Assembly: GCA_965205215.1 (NCBI GenBank) | Contig: OZ242041.1 | Span: 480,001 to 544,000, forward strand | DNA length: 64,000 nucleotides | Direction: 5' to 3' | DNA from: Nitrosopumilus sp. | GTDB taxonomy: Archaea; Thermoproteota; Nitrososphaeria; Nitrososphaerales; Nitrosopumilaceae | Shown here: in pieces, positions 27,923-38,409 of the stretch | Layout: each line of letters begins with the position of its first letter | Numbering within the stretch: the stretch's first letter is position 1 | Translations under genes and position numbers: made by a program | Notes under the pieces: model-generated | The model's input: only the letters and a program-made list of their open reading frames with translations | Database searches by the model: none | Told to the model about the DNA's origin: nothing

Positions 27923-29869
27923 ATGCAAAGAAGGCAACAGTCACCACCCAGGGAACCGCCCCCGAGCAGCCAGAGCATCATGGCGACCATACTGCAGAGC
28001 ATACCCAAGGATGCGAACGTCACGAAGATCGAGTACGAGGGGCCGCGCATCGCGCTGTATACCAACACGCCGCGGTTCCTGATGGAGAACAGCGAGCGCA
28101 TCTCGAGGCTGGTCAACATCATAAAGAAGCGCATCGTAATCAGGACCACGGACTCTATACGCAAGCCCGAGGACGAGGCCCGCAAGATGATAGCCAAGTG
28201 CGTCCCGGAGGAGGCCGGGCTCCAGGGTACCATATTTGACACCGCCACAGGCGAGGTCTCCATAGAGGCAAAGCGCCCCTGGCTCCTGCAGCGCAACGCA
28301 AAGGAGTTTGACCACACGGACGTGACCGAGAAGATCGGGTGGCGGCTGCGCATACGCAAGTCCACCACGATACAGTCGCGCACGGTGCAGATGATAAACG
28401 CCACGCTAAAGCAGTCGTCGGCCGAGCGTAGCAGGCAGCTAAAGCAGGTCGGCGACGAGATATTCAGGCCCCGCCTCTCGCAGCGCACCGAGGTCACGCT
28501 GCACACGCTCGGCGGCTTCGGGCAGGTGGGGCGCTCCTGCATGCTTTTGTCCACGCCGGAGAGCAAGATACTGCTTGACTGCGGGATCAACCCCGGCGCC
28601 CGCTCGCCGATGGACGCGTACCCGAGGCTCGACTCGCTTGCCATGACCCTCGCCGACCTGGACGCGGTGGTGATCGGGCACGCCCACCTAGACCACACGG
28701 GATTCCTGCCCGTGCTGTGCAAGTACGGGTACAGGGGCCCCATATACTGCACCGAGCCCACCCTGCCCATGATGAACCTGATACAGCTTGACGCAATCAA
28801 GGTGGCGGCGGCGCAGGGGCGCCTGCCGATATACTCCGAGCGCGACGTAAAGCAGGTCATGCGGCAGGCAATCACGCTCCCGTACGGGACCGTCACCGAC
28901 ATCTCGCCGGACATCAAGCTGGTCCTTGCAAACGCGGGGCACATACTCGGGTCGGCCCTGTGCCACTTCCACATAGGGAACGGCGAGCACAACTTTGTGT
29001 ACTCCGGCGACCTAAAGTTCGGCAAGTCCATACTGTTCGAGGCGGCCGACTACCGGTTCCCGCGCGCCGAGACCCTGCTGATAGAGAGCACGTACGGCCT
29101 GCGCGAGGACGTGCAGCCCAGCAGGCAGGAGGTCGAGTCCGCGTTCATCAACGCCGTGAACCACACACTTGCCGACGGGGGCAAGGTGCTCATACCGATA
29201 CCGGCCGTGGGGCGCGCCCAGGAGATCATGATGGTGATAGACCACTACATGAAGTCCGGCGAGATGGTAGAGGCGCCCGTGTTCACGGAGGGGATGATAT
29301 CCGAGGCGTCTGCGATACACGAGTCGTACCCCGAGTACCTGGCGCGCGAGCTAAAGCAGAAGATACTGGAGACTGACGACAACCCGTTTGACTCGGAGTA
29401 CTTTACCAACATAGAGCACGCCGACGACAGGGACGAGCCGCTCCGCGAGGACTCGCCGTGCATCATACTCGCCACGTCGGGAATGCTCGAGGGCGGGCCC
29501 GTGCTCGAGTACTTTAGGAACATAGCGCCGGGCAAGAACAACAAGATGCTCTTCGTGTCCTACCAGGTCAACGGCACAATGGGCCGCCGCGTCCTTGACG
29601 GCTCGAGGCAGGTTACGATGGTGGGCAGGGGCGGCAAGGTCGAGGTGGTCAACATCGACTGCAGCGTCGAGAAGCTTGACGGGTTCAGCGGGCACAGCGA
29701 CTACAACCAGCTGATGGCGTTCGTGCAGCGCCTGCGGCCCAAGCTGAGGAGGGTGCTTGTAAACCACGGCGAGCGCAAAAAGTCCGAGAACCTGGCAACC
29801 AGCATACGCCGCAGCTTTAGGCTGCCCGCGCACAACCCGCAGATACAAGAGTCGATCAGGCTATTTTAG
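27923..29869 (+). CDS. fttA: Beta-CASP ribonuclease aCPSF1 / transcription termination factor
   Basis: KH domains, HAHLDH, AGHILGS, FSGHSD; follows psmB as is usual in archaea. Confidence 0.95.
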   Translation: MQRRQQSPPREPPPSSQSIMATILQSIPKDANVTKIEYEGPRIALYTNTPRFLMENSERISRLVNIIKKRIVIRTTDSIRKPEDEARKMIAKCVPEEAGLQGTIFDTATGEVSIEAKRPWLLQRNAKEFDHTDVTEKIGWRLRIRKSTTIQSRTVQMINATLKQSSAERSRQLKQVGDEIFRPRLSQRTEVTLHTLGGFGQVGRSCMLLSTPESKILLDCGINPGARSPMDAYPRLDSLAMTLADLDAVVIGHAHLDHTGFLPVLCKYGYRGPIYCTEPTLPMMNLIQLDAIKVAAAQGRLPIYSERDVKQVMRQAITLPYGTVTDISPDIKLVLANAGHILGSALCHFHIGNGEHNFVYSGDLKFGKSILFEAADYRFPRAETLLIESTYGLREDVQPSRQEVESAFINAVNHTLADGGKVLIPIPAVGRAQEIMMVIDHYMKSGEMVEAPVFTEGMISEASAIHESYPEYLARELKQKILETDDNPFDSEYFTNIEHADDRDEPLREDSPCIILATSGMLEGGPVLEYFRNIAPGKNNKMLFVSYQVNGTMGRRVLDGSRQVTMVGRGGKVEVVNIDCSVEKLDGFSGHSDYNQLMAFVQRLRPKLRRVLVNHGERKKSENLATSIRRSFRLPAHNPQIQESIRLF

Positions 29870-30148
29870 GTCGTACTCGGGCTTCCAGATCTTTATGCCG
29901 GCCGGCGCCACTATGATGCGCTCCTCGCCCAGCCTTGCAATGTCGGCCCCGGCCGCCTTTGCCACGGCGTACAGCTCCTCGACGGTGCCCCGCAGCTGCG
30001 CCACGTCCTTTTGCGCCAGCGGCGTGACGCGCAGTATCAGTATCATGTCCCTCTTGATGTCCTCCTTGATGCCGTGTATGTCGCTTGGGTCCCTTATGGT
30101 CATCGCCTTGAGGTACGTGGGGCTGTCATGCTTTTGCACACTCTTCAA
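29861..30148 (-). CDS. sepF: Cell division protein SepF
   Basis: ILILRVTPL...GADIARLGEERIIVAP. Confidence 0.82.
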   Translation of the reverse strand: MKSVQKHDSPTYLKAMTIRDPSDIHGIKEDIKRDMILILRVTPLAQKDVAQLRGTVEELYAVAKAAGADIARLGEERIIVAPAGIKIWKPEYDLK

Positions 30149-30218
30149 TTACATCCTCTCACTCAAAAACTTTCTTTATATGCAAAGCTGTGCATGCCGT
30201 ACCTGCCTGCCTGACGCG

Positions 30219-31391
30219 TTATTTAATCCTGAACCTGGCGTATGACTCGTCTGCCGCCGGTTCCGCGTGTACGACGCGCTCTGCGGCCGCGTCATCGTCG
30301 CCGTCTTCCCTGCCCCCGCCGCGCACCCTCCTGACGGTCACGGCCCACTTCGCGTCCTGGCCCTTTGGCGCGTCAGAGTACCGCAGCGTGATTGACGCGG
30401 CAAGCGATACGTGGTAGTCAGTTATTGCGCCGCCGCCCGAGTCGCCGCGTATGACCGACACGGGCCCCATGTGATCCCTTGCCTCCAGGAGCACGTCGCC
30501 GGGCAGCGCCAGCGCGGATATGACCCCGTTCTCGTCCTTGTTGCGGCCAGTCACAATCTTTGTCATCTCGTCGAACCTAAAGTGCCTGCCGACCTTTAGC
30601 AGGTCGATGTCGTTTATGGTCGGCGTCTCCGTGTGGTCGAACAGGTCCCTAGTCTTGCGGCCAAACTGCGGGTCGGTCAGCAGGCACCCCCCGCCGGCGT
30701 TGGGGGGATCCTCTATCGCGTACTGCTCGGCCATCCTCAGCTGGGCCCTTCTAGTGCGGCCCCTTATCGTTCCCATGTCCTCGCGCCTTATGAGGCCGTC
30801 CCTCTCAGGATCGGTCGCGGGAAGCAGCGCGGCCGAGAGGGGCCTCACGATCTTGCCCTCCAGACGCGACTCCTTCTCTATCGTCCTTAGCGCGGGGCCA
30901 TGCTGGCTCATGGGCCTCTGGCCCAGGACCTCCCCCGATATCACGAACTCGGCGCCGATCTCCTCCATGCGCTTTTTTGCGGCCCCGAACATCATTGCGC
31001 GGCAGTCTATGCACGGGTTGAACCCCGCGCCCCTGCCGTACTTGGGGTTCTTTAGCATCTCGACGTACTCGTCGCCCAGGTATACGGTCTTGAGGTCCAC
31101 GTTGAGGTCGTCGGCCCTCTCCCTGATCTCAAAGCCGCACCCCCTGCCGCAGTCAAAGTCGCAAAAGGGCGTCTTGATGGCCACGGCCGAGACCTCAAAG
31201 CCCCGCTCCTGCATCATCCTGACTGCCAGCTGGCTGTCAAGGCCCCCCGAGAGCAGGGCTACCACCTTCTTCTTCTCCTCCCCCTTCTCCCGCGCATTCT
31301 CACTCCTGCTCTCTCCTGCGCCCGGCTCATATGCCGTGGGGCCCGCGCCGTTGCCGCCGCCCTCGCGCCCTGCCGCCATCATATCTGACAT
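30219..31391 (-). CDS. PP-loop tRNA thiouridylase-like protein (ThiI/DUF814 type)
   Basis: LLSGGLDS, NPCIDCR, GEVLGQRPMSQ, GGCLLTD, GRHFR. Confidence 0.85.
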   Translation of the reverse strand: MSDMMAAGREGGGNGAGPTAYEPGAGESRSENAREKGEEKKKVVALLSGGLDSQLAVRMMQERGFEVSAVAIKTPFCDFDCGRGCGFEIRERADDLNVDLKTVYLGDEYVEMLKNPKYGRGAGFNPCIDCRAMMFGAAKKRMEEIGAEFVISGEVLGQRPMSQHGPALRTIEKESRLEGKIVRPLSAALLPATDPERDGLIRREDMGTIRGRTRRAQLRMAEQYAIEDPPNAGGGCLLTDPQFGRKTRDLFDHTETPTINDIDLLKVGRHFRFDEMTKIVTGRNKDENGVISALALPGDVLLEARDHMGPVSVIRGDSGGGAITDYHVSLAASITLRYSDAPKGQDAKWAVTVRRVRGGGREDGDDDAAAERVVHAEPAADESYARFRIK

Positions 31392-31424
31392 GTATGCGCG
31401 ACATACAGGCCCCTTATACAGACT

Positions 31425-32603
31425 TTGGTTTTCCATAGTCCGGCTGCGCCCTGCCATCTCAAGGTTAATACGGTTTGGTATCTGCGCCCCCGTGTGGGCG
31501 CAAGGTACGGGTCACTCCTGAGGAGTGCCGGCAGGATGAAGTTTGACACGCTGATTGCGTTTAGGCCCGAGAACATATCCTACATGACGGGCTTTTGGGG
31601 GGAGGCCGCGGCCGTACTGCAGAGGGGGCAGAAGCCCGTCATCGTGTCCCCCGAGCTGGAGGCGGCCAGGGCCGAGTCCGAGTCCGGCGGCTGCGAGGTC
31701 GTGGTGGCCGAGCGCGGCATGCGCGGGATTGCGTCGACCGCGGCAAGGGTGGCAAGGGCCGGACGCCGGGACGGCGCCGGCGCCGGCGCCGGCGGCACGT
31801 GCACCGACTGCAGGGACTACCAAACCATGACGTACCTGAAGAGGGCGGTCCCGAAGATCGTACAGACCGAGGAGCCGTTTGACGCGTCCCGGATGGTAAA
31901 GGACCCGTCTGAGATTGCGGTCCTGAGAAAAGCCTCCCGGATCATAGACTGCCTGTTTGAGGTATGCTCGCAGAAGATGAGGGCGGGGCAGCGCGAGTCC
32001 GAGCTGCAGGCCGTCCTGATGGCCGAGGCCGCCGCGCAGGGCGCGTTTGACGTGGGATACTCCTCCACGCTGAACCCGCTCATAGTAGCGGGGGGCCCAA
32101 ACGGCGCGCTCCCCCACGCTCAGGTCTCGCAGCGGAGGTTCAGGAGGGGCGACATGGTCGTAGTGGACCTGACCCTGAGGTACAAGGGATACGTCTCTGA
32201 CGCGACCCGCACGTTTGCGGTGGGGAGGCCAGCCTCCGGAGAGGCGCAGAACGTGTACGATATAGTGCGGGAGTCGCAGCGGCTCGGGCTCGCAGCGGCC
32301 AAGGCCGGCGCCGCGTGCGGCAGCGTGGATGCCGTGTGCCGCTCGTACATAGAGCAGCAGGGGTACGGCAAATACTTTGTGCACTCCACGGGCCACGGCA
32401 TAGGGCTGGAGGTGCACGAGCTTCCCGCCGTCTCTAGGAACGTTGCGACGAGGCTTCGCAGGGGAATGGCGATAACAGTCGAGCCGGGAATCTACCTGCC
32501 GGGCAGGTTCGGCGTCAGGATAGAGGACTCGCTTGTAATCCGGGGGCCGGGACAGGCGCCCGGCGTGCTGCACAGGTTCACAAAGGATCTTGTCACGGTA
32601 TGA
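31425..32603 (+). CDS. Xaa-Pro aminopeptidase (M24)
   Basis: ALPHA, DATRT, HSTGHGIGLEVHE, TVEPGIY, RIED; true start probably further downstream. Confidence 0.93.
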   Translation: MVFHSPAAPCHLKVNTVWYLRPRVGARYGSLLRSAGRMKFDTLIAFRPENISYMTGFWGEAAAVLQRGQKPVIVSPELEAARAESESGGCEVVVAERGMRGIASTAARVARAGRRDGAGAGAGGTCTDCRDYQTMTYLKRAVPKIVQTEEPFDASRMVKDPSEIAVLRKASRIIDCLFEVCSQKMRAGQRESELQAVLMAEAAAQGAFDVGYSSTLNPLIVAGGPNGALPHAQVSQRRFRRGDMVVVDLTLRYKGYVSDATRTFAVGRPASGEAQNVYDIVRESQRLGLAAAKAGAACGSVDAVCRSYIEQQGYGKYFVHSTGHGIGLEVHELPAVSRNVATRLRRGMAITVEPGIYLPGRFGVRIEDSLVIRGPGQAPGVLHRFTKDLVTV

Positions 32604-32608
32604 TCCGG

Positions 32609-33166
32609 TCAGTCGTAAAAGTTGACGATATCCACCACGTGCCTTGATGGCGGGTCGTCGGACGTCACTGTACCGGAGTCGGCGTCGACTGTCCACGTGT
32701 AGTGGAGCTGGCCCTCGTGCGTGTCGATCCCAAACTCGACGTCGTATGCCTCTTTTTCCGCCGCCCCCCCGTCGGCGGCAGCGCTCACCACTACAGTGAC
32801 CGCGGTCTCCTTGTGGCTATAGATCCTGTCGCCGAACTCTTCGGTGATCCTGTCTGATATGGCCTCCCCCATGCTGAACCCCGAGCCGTCAGGCCCCCTG
32901 TACGACATCAGCATGTCGACCACGCGCGCGTCGCCTGCCTCCAGTTCGGGCAGCGCGTCCTCAAGGCTGCCCTTTGTGAGCTCCGGTACTACAAACACCA
33001 GAAAGAGCGCCAGCAGTCCGAGGTATATGGGGGCCCGCTTTTTGAGAAACGCCTTGAAGCTAGAGTCCGAGGAACCCGGGGGCTTTGCGCCGCCCTTGTC
33101 TGAACCCCTGACTTTTTTGCGCTTGTCCCTGGCCATCATACACGTAAGGCGGCCCCGTGTTATCAA
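32609..33166 (-). CDS. Conserved membrane-anchored hypothetical protein
   Basis: FLKKRAPIYL + TM, ending VDIVNFYD. Confidence 0.7.
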   Translation of the reverse strand: MITRGRLTCMMARDKRKKVRGSDKGGAKPPGSSDSSFKAFLKKRAPIYLGLLALFLVFVVPELTKGSLEDALPELEAGDARVVDMLMSYRGPDGSGFSMGEAISDRITEEFGDRIYSHKETAVTVVVSAAADGGAAEKEAYDVEFGIDTHEGQLHYTWTVDADSGTVTSDDPPSRHVVDIVNFYD

Positions 33167-34005
33167 CGCATCGCCGTCAGTATCAAAACCTGCCAGGGAA
33201 ACGTTATGACACCGTCGCCGCCGCTGTCCCTGTCGGCATACGGCTCGGCGTTGCGCCGCACCTCCTCGACGAACTCCCTCCTCTTAGCGCGTCCTAGGGC
33301 GTCGATCTTTTCCCTGATGGGCTTGGCCACGTACCTCAGGTAGCCCCTCCAGTAGTCCTCAAACGTGCCGGGGCTGTACTGGAACGTGCGCTCCCTGACC
33401 GACACCTCTGAGAATCCGGCGCGCCTTACCTCCGCCCCGAGCTTGTCGCTGGTGGAGTACCTGTCAAGCTGGGGCGTCCCCTCCGGGATGTAGTCGGGTA
33501 TGTACTTTGCAGCGGCGTCGAATATCGCGCCGTAATACGGCACCCTGTCCCTGCCCCCGTGCACCACTATGCCCATCCTGCCCGATGCCTTGAGGCTCCT
33601 CCTCATACCCCTCAGGGCCCTCGGGGCGTCCGGAAAGAAGAACAGCGCGTACTGGCACGTAACTACATCGAACTTTCTTGCAAACGACAGGTTCTCGGCG
33701 TCCGCGTTCACGAACAGGGCTTTTCTGTTCCCCCTCTTGGCTATCCTGATTGCAGATGCAGACGCGTCGGCCCCGACGACCAGCCCGGAGTCGCCTACGG
33801 CCGGGACGAGCATCCTTGTGACAAAGCCGGTCCCGCACGCCACGTCGAGCACCGCGTCGCCCTCCGCGACCCCGACGTCCCTGATCAGGCTCGCGGTGCT
33901 CTGCAGGGGCCCGTCCACCCTGTTTGCCCACCGCCTGTGGTACTTGGGGGCCAGCTCGTTCCACGCCTCCATGTTTCTCTTCTTGTATCCGCCCTCCGCA
34001 TCCAT
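33163..34005 (-). CDS. Class I SAM-dependent methyltransferase (UbiE-like)
   Basis: VLDVACGTG, FDVVTCQYALFFFPD. Confidence 0.9.
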   Translation of the reverse strand: MDAEGGYKKRNMEAWNELAPKYHRRWANRVDGPLQSTASLIRDVGVAEGDAVLDVACGTGFVTRMLVPAVGDSGLVVGADASASAIRIAKRGNRKALFVNADAENLSFARKFDVVTCQYALFFFPDAPRALRGMRRSLKASGRMGIVVHGGRDRVPYYGAIFDAAAKYIPDYIPEGTPQLDRYSTSDKLGAEVRRAGFSEVSVRERTFQYSPGTFEDYWRGYLRYVAKPIREKIDALGRAKRREFVEEVRRNAEPYADRDSGGDGVITFPWQVLILTAMR

Positions 34006-34010
34006 CGTGA

Positions 34011-35450
34011 CTACTCTCCTCTCTGCTCGGCCGCTGCCGCTGCCACCGCCGCAAGCTCCGCCTCTATCGCCCTCTTGATGAATCCGGCCACCGCCTCCTT
34101 TTTGCGCCATCCGGACTCCGACTCGGATGACGGCGACACTACTATGACGTTGTTCGAGCCGGGCCTCCCTTTGTACTCTGATCCGACGTCGTTTGCAACC
34201 ACGAGATCCGCGCCCGACTCCGCCATGCTGGCGCGCGCAGACCTTACCAGGGCCGCCCTGGACACGTCGGCCTCGGCCTTGAACCCGACCAGAAGCGCGT
34301 CCCTCTGCATCCTCCTTGCCATGCCGATGATCTTGGGCACGCGCCTGAGCCTGATCGTGAGCCCGTCTGCTTGATCGCCGCTCTTTATTTTTGTGCGCCG
34401 CCGCCTAGCGGGCGCATAGTCGGACACGGCCGCGGCCATCACAATGACGTCGAACTTCGCGCCCCCGAGCGCGGAACGCACCGCGGAGCGCATCTCGGCT
34501 CCCGTCTCCACCCTGGTCGTCTTGACGCCCTTGGGCGGCTCGTGCATTCCGGGACCATACACCATGGTGACGCGGGCGCCCGCCGCCGCAAGCTCGGCGC
34601 CCAAAAGCACCCCCGTCCTGCCCGAGCTGACGTTTGAGATCACGCGCACCGGATCCACAAATTCTACGGTGGGGCCCGCAGTCAGCAGCACGCGCGCGCC
34701 CCTGAGCGGGGACTCTGGGGGGCCGAACCTCGAGATCACGTGGTCGAGCACGTGCTCCGGTTCTGGCGCCTTTGCCTTTCCCTCCGTCATCTGGGGCCCG
34801 ACAAACGAGACCCCCCTCCTCTTGCTCAGGAAGCCGATGTTTCGCAGGACCGCCGGGTTCTCGTACATCGACTCGTGCATGGCGGGGCATACCACGATTG
34901 GAATCTTTGAGCCGAGCGCGACGGTCAGCACGGTGGAAACGGGGGCGTCGTCCATCCCGTTTGCGAGCCTGCCTATCGTGTTGGCCGTGGCCGGGTACAC
35001 GACTACGATGTCGGACCTGCCGTAGTCTGCAAGCCTTATGTGCTCCATGTCGCCTGTCAGGTCGGTTACCACGTCGTTCCCGGTGGCCCACTTGAGGTAC
35101 GCGGGACGGATCAGCCTGGTCGCGGCCTTTGTGGCCACGCAGGTGACGCTGCTGCACCCGTGTCTCATCAGGAGCCTTGCAAGCTCTATCGCCTTGTAGG
35201 CCGCCACGCTGCCCGCGATGCAGAGTATGATCCTCTTTCCGCGCAGCTCGCGGCCGTCCGACGATACGATGTCAAGGGACGGGTGCCTGACCTCCCCCTT
35301 TCGCCTGCCGCGACTTCTTTTTTTGCTGCCGTTTTTGCTACCACTGCTACCACTGCTACCACCACTGCCGCCGCCGGGCCTGCCCGCCCCGCGCCTATCT
35401 CCTACCGCCGTTCCTTCTCCCCTCCTCTCTTCTCTACCATGTCCGGTCAC
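34011..35450 (-). CDS. coaBC: Bifunctional phosphopantothenoylcysteine decarboxylase/synthetase
   Basis: GSVAAYK, EHI, PATANT, PAMH, TAGPT.E..DPVR, AAAVSD, GFKAE; GTG overlaps the panB stop. Confidence 0.95.
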   Translation of the reverse strand: MTGHGREERRGEGTAVGDRRGAGRPGGGSGGSSGSSGSKNGSKKRSRGRRKGEVRHPSLDIVSSDGRELRGKRIILCIAGSVAAYKAIELARLLMRHGCSSVTCVATKAATRLIRPAYLKWATGNDVVTDLTGDMEHIRLADYGRSDIVVVYPATANTIGRLANGMDDAPVSTVLTVALGSKIPIVVCPAMHESMYENPAVLRNIGFLSKRRGVSFVGPQMTEGKAKAPEPEHVLDHVISRFGPPESPLRGARVLLTAGPTVEFVDPVRVISNVSSGRTGVLLGAELAAAGARVTMVYGPGMHEPPKGVKTTRVETGAEMRSAVRSALGGAKFDVIVMAAAVSDYAPARRRRTKIKSGDQADGLTIRLRRVPKIIGMARRMQRDALLVGFKAEADVSRAALVRSARASMAESGADLVVANDVGSEYKGRPGSNNVIVVSPSSESESGWRKKEAVAGFIKRAIEAELAAVAAAAAEQRGE

Positions 35451-36340
35451 GTGGATGTCCGTCCTTTCTCCAGGCCCTCTGCCAGCCTGCCGCACTCGAC
35501 CTCGTCCATCTCAAAGCAGTTCTCCCGCGCGGGAAATGCGCCGCCTGCGACGTCGTCCACATAGGAGGACACCGCCTCCGAGATCTCCTCTGACAGGTTG
35601 CGGTATCTCTTTGCAAACTTTGGCTTTATCGCGTCGTACATCCCCAGCATGTCGTGTATGACGAGCACCTGGCCGTCACATTCGGGGCCCGAGCCTATTC
35701 CGATGGTGGGTATGGAGATCCCTTCCGTAACGGCCTTTGCGGCCTGGCGCGTCACGAGCTCCAGCACCACCGAAAAGGCGCCCGCCTCCTCCAGGGCCGC
35801 CGCGTCGTCAAGCAGCCTGCGGGCCTCTGCGGCTGTCCTGCCCTGCACCCTGTATCCGCCGGCAAGCCCCGCCGTCTGGGGCCGCAGTCCTATGTGTCCC
35901 ATGACCGGGATGCCCGCGTCCGTTATGCCTTTTACCTTTGACGCCATCTCGGAGCCGCCCTCCAGCTTTACCGCGTCGGCGCCCGCCCTGACCAGGCGGC
36001 CCGCGTTTGCAATGGCGTCGGATACGCCCGTCTGGTACGACATGAACGGCAGGTCGGACACTATGAACGATCTCTTTCTTGCGCGGCCCACCGCCCCGGT
36101 GAACATGCACATCTCCTCCATCGTGACCGGGACCGTGTTCTCGTACCCGAGCATGACCATCCCGGCGCTGTCGCCGACCATCAGGATGTCGGCGCCCGCC
36201 CCGTCGCACAGGGACGCGAGGGCATAGTCGTAGCTCGTAACCACCGAGATGCGCTCTTGGCGCCTCTTCTTTTCTGCGATGTCGCGGATCGTAATCCTTT
36301 TGCCGCCATTGACGTTCTCGGATCTTGCCACCGCGTCCAC
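35447..36340 (-). CDS. panB: 3-methyl-2-oxobutanoate hydroxymethyltransferase
   Basis: TSYD, VGDS, DLPFMSY, VKLEGG, GHIGL.PQ. Confidence 0.96.
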   Translation of the reverse strand: MDAVARSENVNGGKRITIRDIAEKKRRQERISVVTSYDYALASLCDGAGADILMVGDSAGMVMLGYENTVPVTMEEMCMFTGAVGRARKRSFIVSDLPFMSYQTGVSDAIANAGRLVRAGADAVKLEGGSEMASKVKGITDAGIPVMGHIGLRPQTAGLAGGYRVQGRTAAEARRLLDDAAALEEAGAFSVVLELVTRQAAKAVTEGISIPTIGIGSGPECDGQVLVIHDMLGMYDAIKPKFAKRYRNLSEEISEAVSSYVDDVAGGAFPARENCFEMDEVECGRLAEGLEKGRTST

Positions 36341-36358
36341 CGTCCTATTCCCGGCCGG

Positions 36359-37300
36359 TCACTCCGGTTGTGGGCCGTGCGCAGTAATGGCATCGGAAGC
36401 CGTGGCGGCCGTGGCAGTTGAGCCGCCGCCGCTTGCCGCCGCCCGCATGCCCTGCAGGCGGCCCAGGTTGCCGGTGATCTGGCGCACTGCCTGCGCTAGG
36501 TTCCCCTCGTTGTCAAAGTTTCGCGCAATCCGGGCCGCCGCCTCCTCTGCCGGCTTGGCGCCTCCTCTGCCGCCGCTGCGGTAGTCACCGACCTCCTCCT
36601 CTCCTGCAAGATCCCGGCACTCCTCCAAGAGCACGTCTATCGCCCTCGTGATGTTGTCTATTATGCTGATGTCCGCTGTCTGCGCGGTCCTGGACAGCGG
36701 GTTGAGATCAAACGTGATGACCGTCTTGCCCGCCCGCTTGAGCGCGGCAGTGCGGTCCCCGTCCTCAAGCGGCACCACCACCGTGTCGGCCGCGAAGATT
36801 CCGTCCCTGTCGACCATCCTGCGCGCAGAGTCCGTCCCGTGCAGCACGGCCATTCTCTCCGGGTCAAGCCCCAGCACCCTTTTGGCGCCGTGTTGTCGCA
36901 GGCGCCCCGCTATCGCGCCCCTTCGCCCGGGGCTGTCATAAAACAGGTTCACCTCCAGCGCGGATCCCGTGCACTCTGCAAGCGACACAAGCTGCTCCGC
37001 GCACAGCGCGGCCGCGTTTCCGTTTACCGATATGACCGGCCTGTCCGACGCGCACAGCGCGGCCGCGGCCGCCCTGCACGCCTGCCTGGCCGCTGTGCCG
37101 GTCACCTCGCCGAGCAGATAGTCGAGCGCCTCGCCCCTTCCGTGCGCCAGCAGCCCTTCCGCTGCGACCAGCCCCTCCTCAAAGCCACCTACAAGCCTGT
37201 GCCGTATGCGGAGGGACTCGGCCCTTGGGTGGGACTCTGGCACCACCGCATCCTGCGCGGCGTGCACCGCCCTCCCCGTTTCTGTCGCCACCACCGCCAA
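36359..37300 (-). CDS. 4-phosphopantoate--beta-alanine ligase (phosphopantothenate synthetase)
   Basis: HPRAESL, AHGRGEA.DYL.GE, SVNGN, VPLEDGDR, DLNPLSRT. Confidence 0.93.
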   Translation of the reverse strand: MAVVATETGRAVHAAQDAVVPESHPRAESLRIRHRLVGGFEEGLVAAEGLLAHGRGEALDYLLGEVTGTAARQACRAAAAALCASDRPVISVNGNAAALCAEQLVSLAECTGSALEVNLFYDSPGRRGAIAGRLRQHGAKRVLGLDPERMAVLHGTDSARRMVDRDGIFAADTVVVPLEDGDRTAALKRAGKTVITFDLNPLSRTAQTADISIIDNITRAIDVLLEECRDLAGEEEVGDYRSGGRGGAKPAEEAAARIARNFDNEGNLAQAVRQITGNLGRLQGMRAAASGGGSTATAATASDAITAHGPQPE

Positions 37301-37307
37301 GCCGCCG

Positions 37308-38345
37308 TCACCACCTGCCCCCCGGAAGGGGCCTTGCGCCCCGCCGGTCGATTCTTGATTTTATCACGTGGCCGGAGCCGTAACTCCTGAGTATCTGTTC
37401 GGCCCTTGCCTCTGCCGCGCCTCCCGCCTCCACCATGCAGAATATCGTCTCGCCGAACAGCGCGACGCCGCACCTGATGCCCGCGTCCCGCAGCGCGCTT
37501 GTGACGCGCCGCATCCTCGGGGTTACCACCCCGACGTGCTCTGCGAACTCCAGCGACATGTCCTCAAAGTGCGCATAGTCCCTTGATCTCTTGAGCCTTC
37601 CTATCATCTCGCCCCCGAGCCCGTTGATGTGCGGAAGGCGCTCTGCGATGAACCGGCGCGTCGATATCGGCGCCATGCACAGCACCAGCACGGTAACGTC
37701 GCCGGCCGGAATGGCCTCCACCGTGCCCACCCCGGGCGCGCCGGGCTTGGTGCGCACCTCGAACCCGCCGTGGTACGACGCCAGCACGTCCCCGAGCCCC
37801 GTCCTGCACTCTATCTCGGCCTCGTGCGCGATGCCGCCCAGTTCCTCGCGCGCCATGCCGGCGCCAAGCGCGTCGTTGAGGGCGTATGCAAGCGAGAGCG
37901 CGACCGCGCCGCTGCATCCCAGGCCGTACCCGACGGGGACCGATATCTCGTGCCTGACGTCGAGCACCGAGCCTGCGGGGACCGTAGTACCCCTGCGCCC
38001 CGCGGCCTGCAGGAACCGCCGGATTGTGATCTCTGAGAGGGTCGTGTCGTCCGTGCCATACCCCGTGGTCGTTATGACGTATGACGGCGTGGCGTTGGCG
38101 TTGGCGGAACCGCCGCCATCGGTACATTCAGTGTCAACGGCGGGCGCGTGCGCACCCCCGGCGCGCCTTCCTGCCCCGCGTGCGTCCGTAAGGCCGACCC
38201 TTGTCGTCACCCCGACTGCAAGCGAGAATCCCGCGCCCGTCGAGCCTGCCTCCTGCATCCGGTCCGCGCTGCCTTCCGCAAAGGCCTTGAAGAATCCGGT
38301 GATATGCGCCGGGCAGAATGCCGCCGCCTGCCTCCATGCAGCCAT
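37308..38345 (-). CDS. Pantoate kinase (GHMP family)
   Basis: PAHITGFF, GSTGAG, PVGYGLGCSG, TGLGDV; first gene of the CoA operon. Confidence 0.92.
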   Translation of the reverse strand: MAAWRQAAAFCPAHITGFFKAFAEGSADRMQEAGSTGAGFSLAVGVTTRVGLTDARGAGRRAGGAHAPAVDTECTDGGGSANANATPSYVITTTGYGTDDTTLSEITIRRFLQAAGRRGTTVPAGSVLDVRHEISVPVGYGLGCSGAVALSLAYALNDALGAGMAREELGGIAHEAEIECRTGLGDVLASYHGGFEVRTKPGAPGVGTVEAIPAGDVTVLVLCMAPISTRRFIAERLPHINGLGGEMIGRLKRSRDYAHFEDMSLEFAEHVGVVTPRMRRVTSALRDAGIRCGVALFGETIFCMVEAGGAAEARAEQILRSYGSGHVIKSRIDRRGARPLPGGRW

Positions 38346-38409
38346 GATCGTTGTTTAAATTATCGACAAGATATAAAAATATGGATTAAATTACTATAAC
38401 AGGTATAAA

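Noticed and set aside
27277-29031. Long antisense ORFs (also 44042-46072, 44910-46814, 8375-9607, 38386-39768 and others)
   Set aside because: Shadow frames of GC-rich genes that have clear family motifs on the other strand
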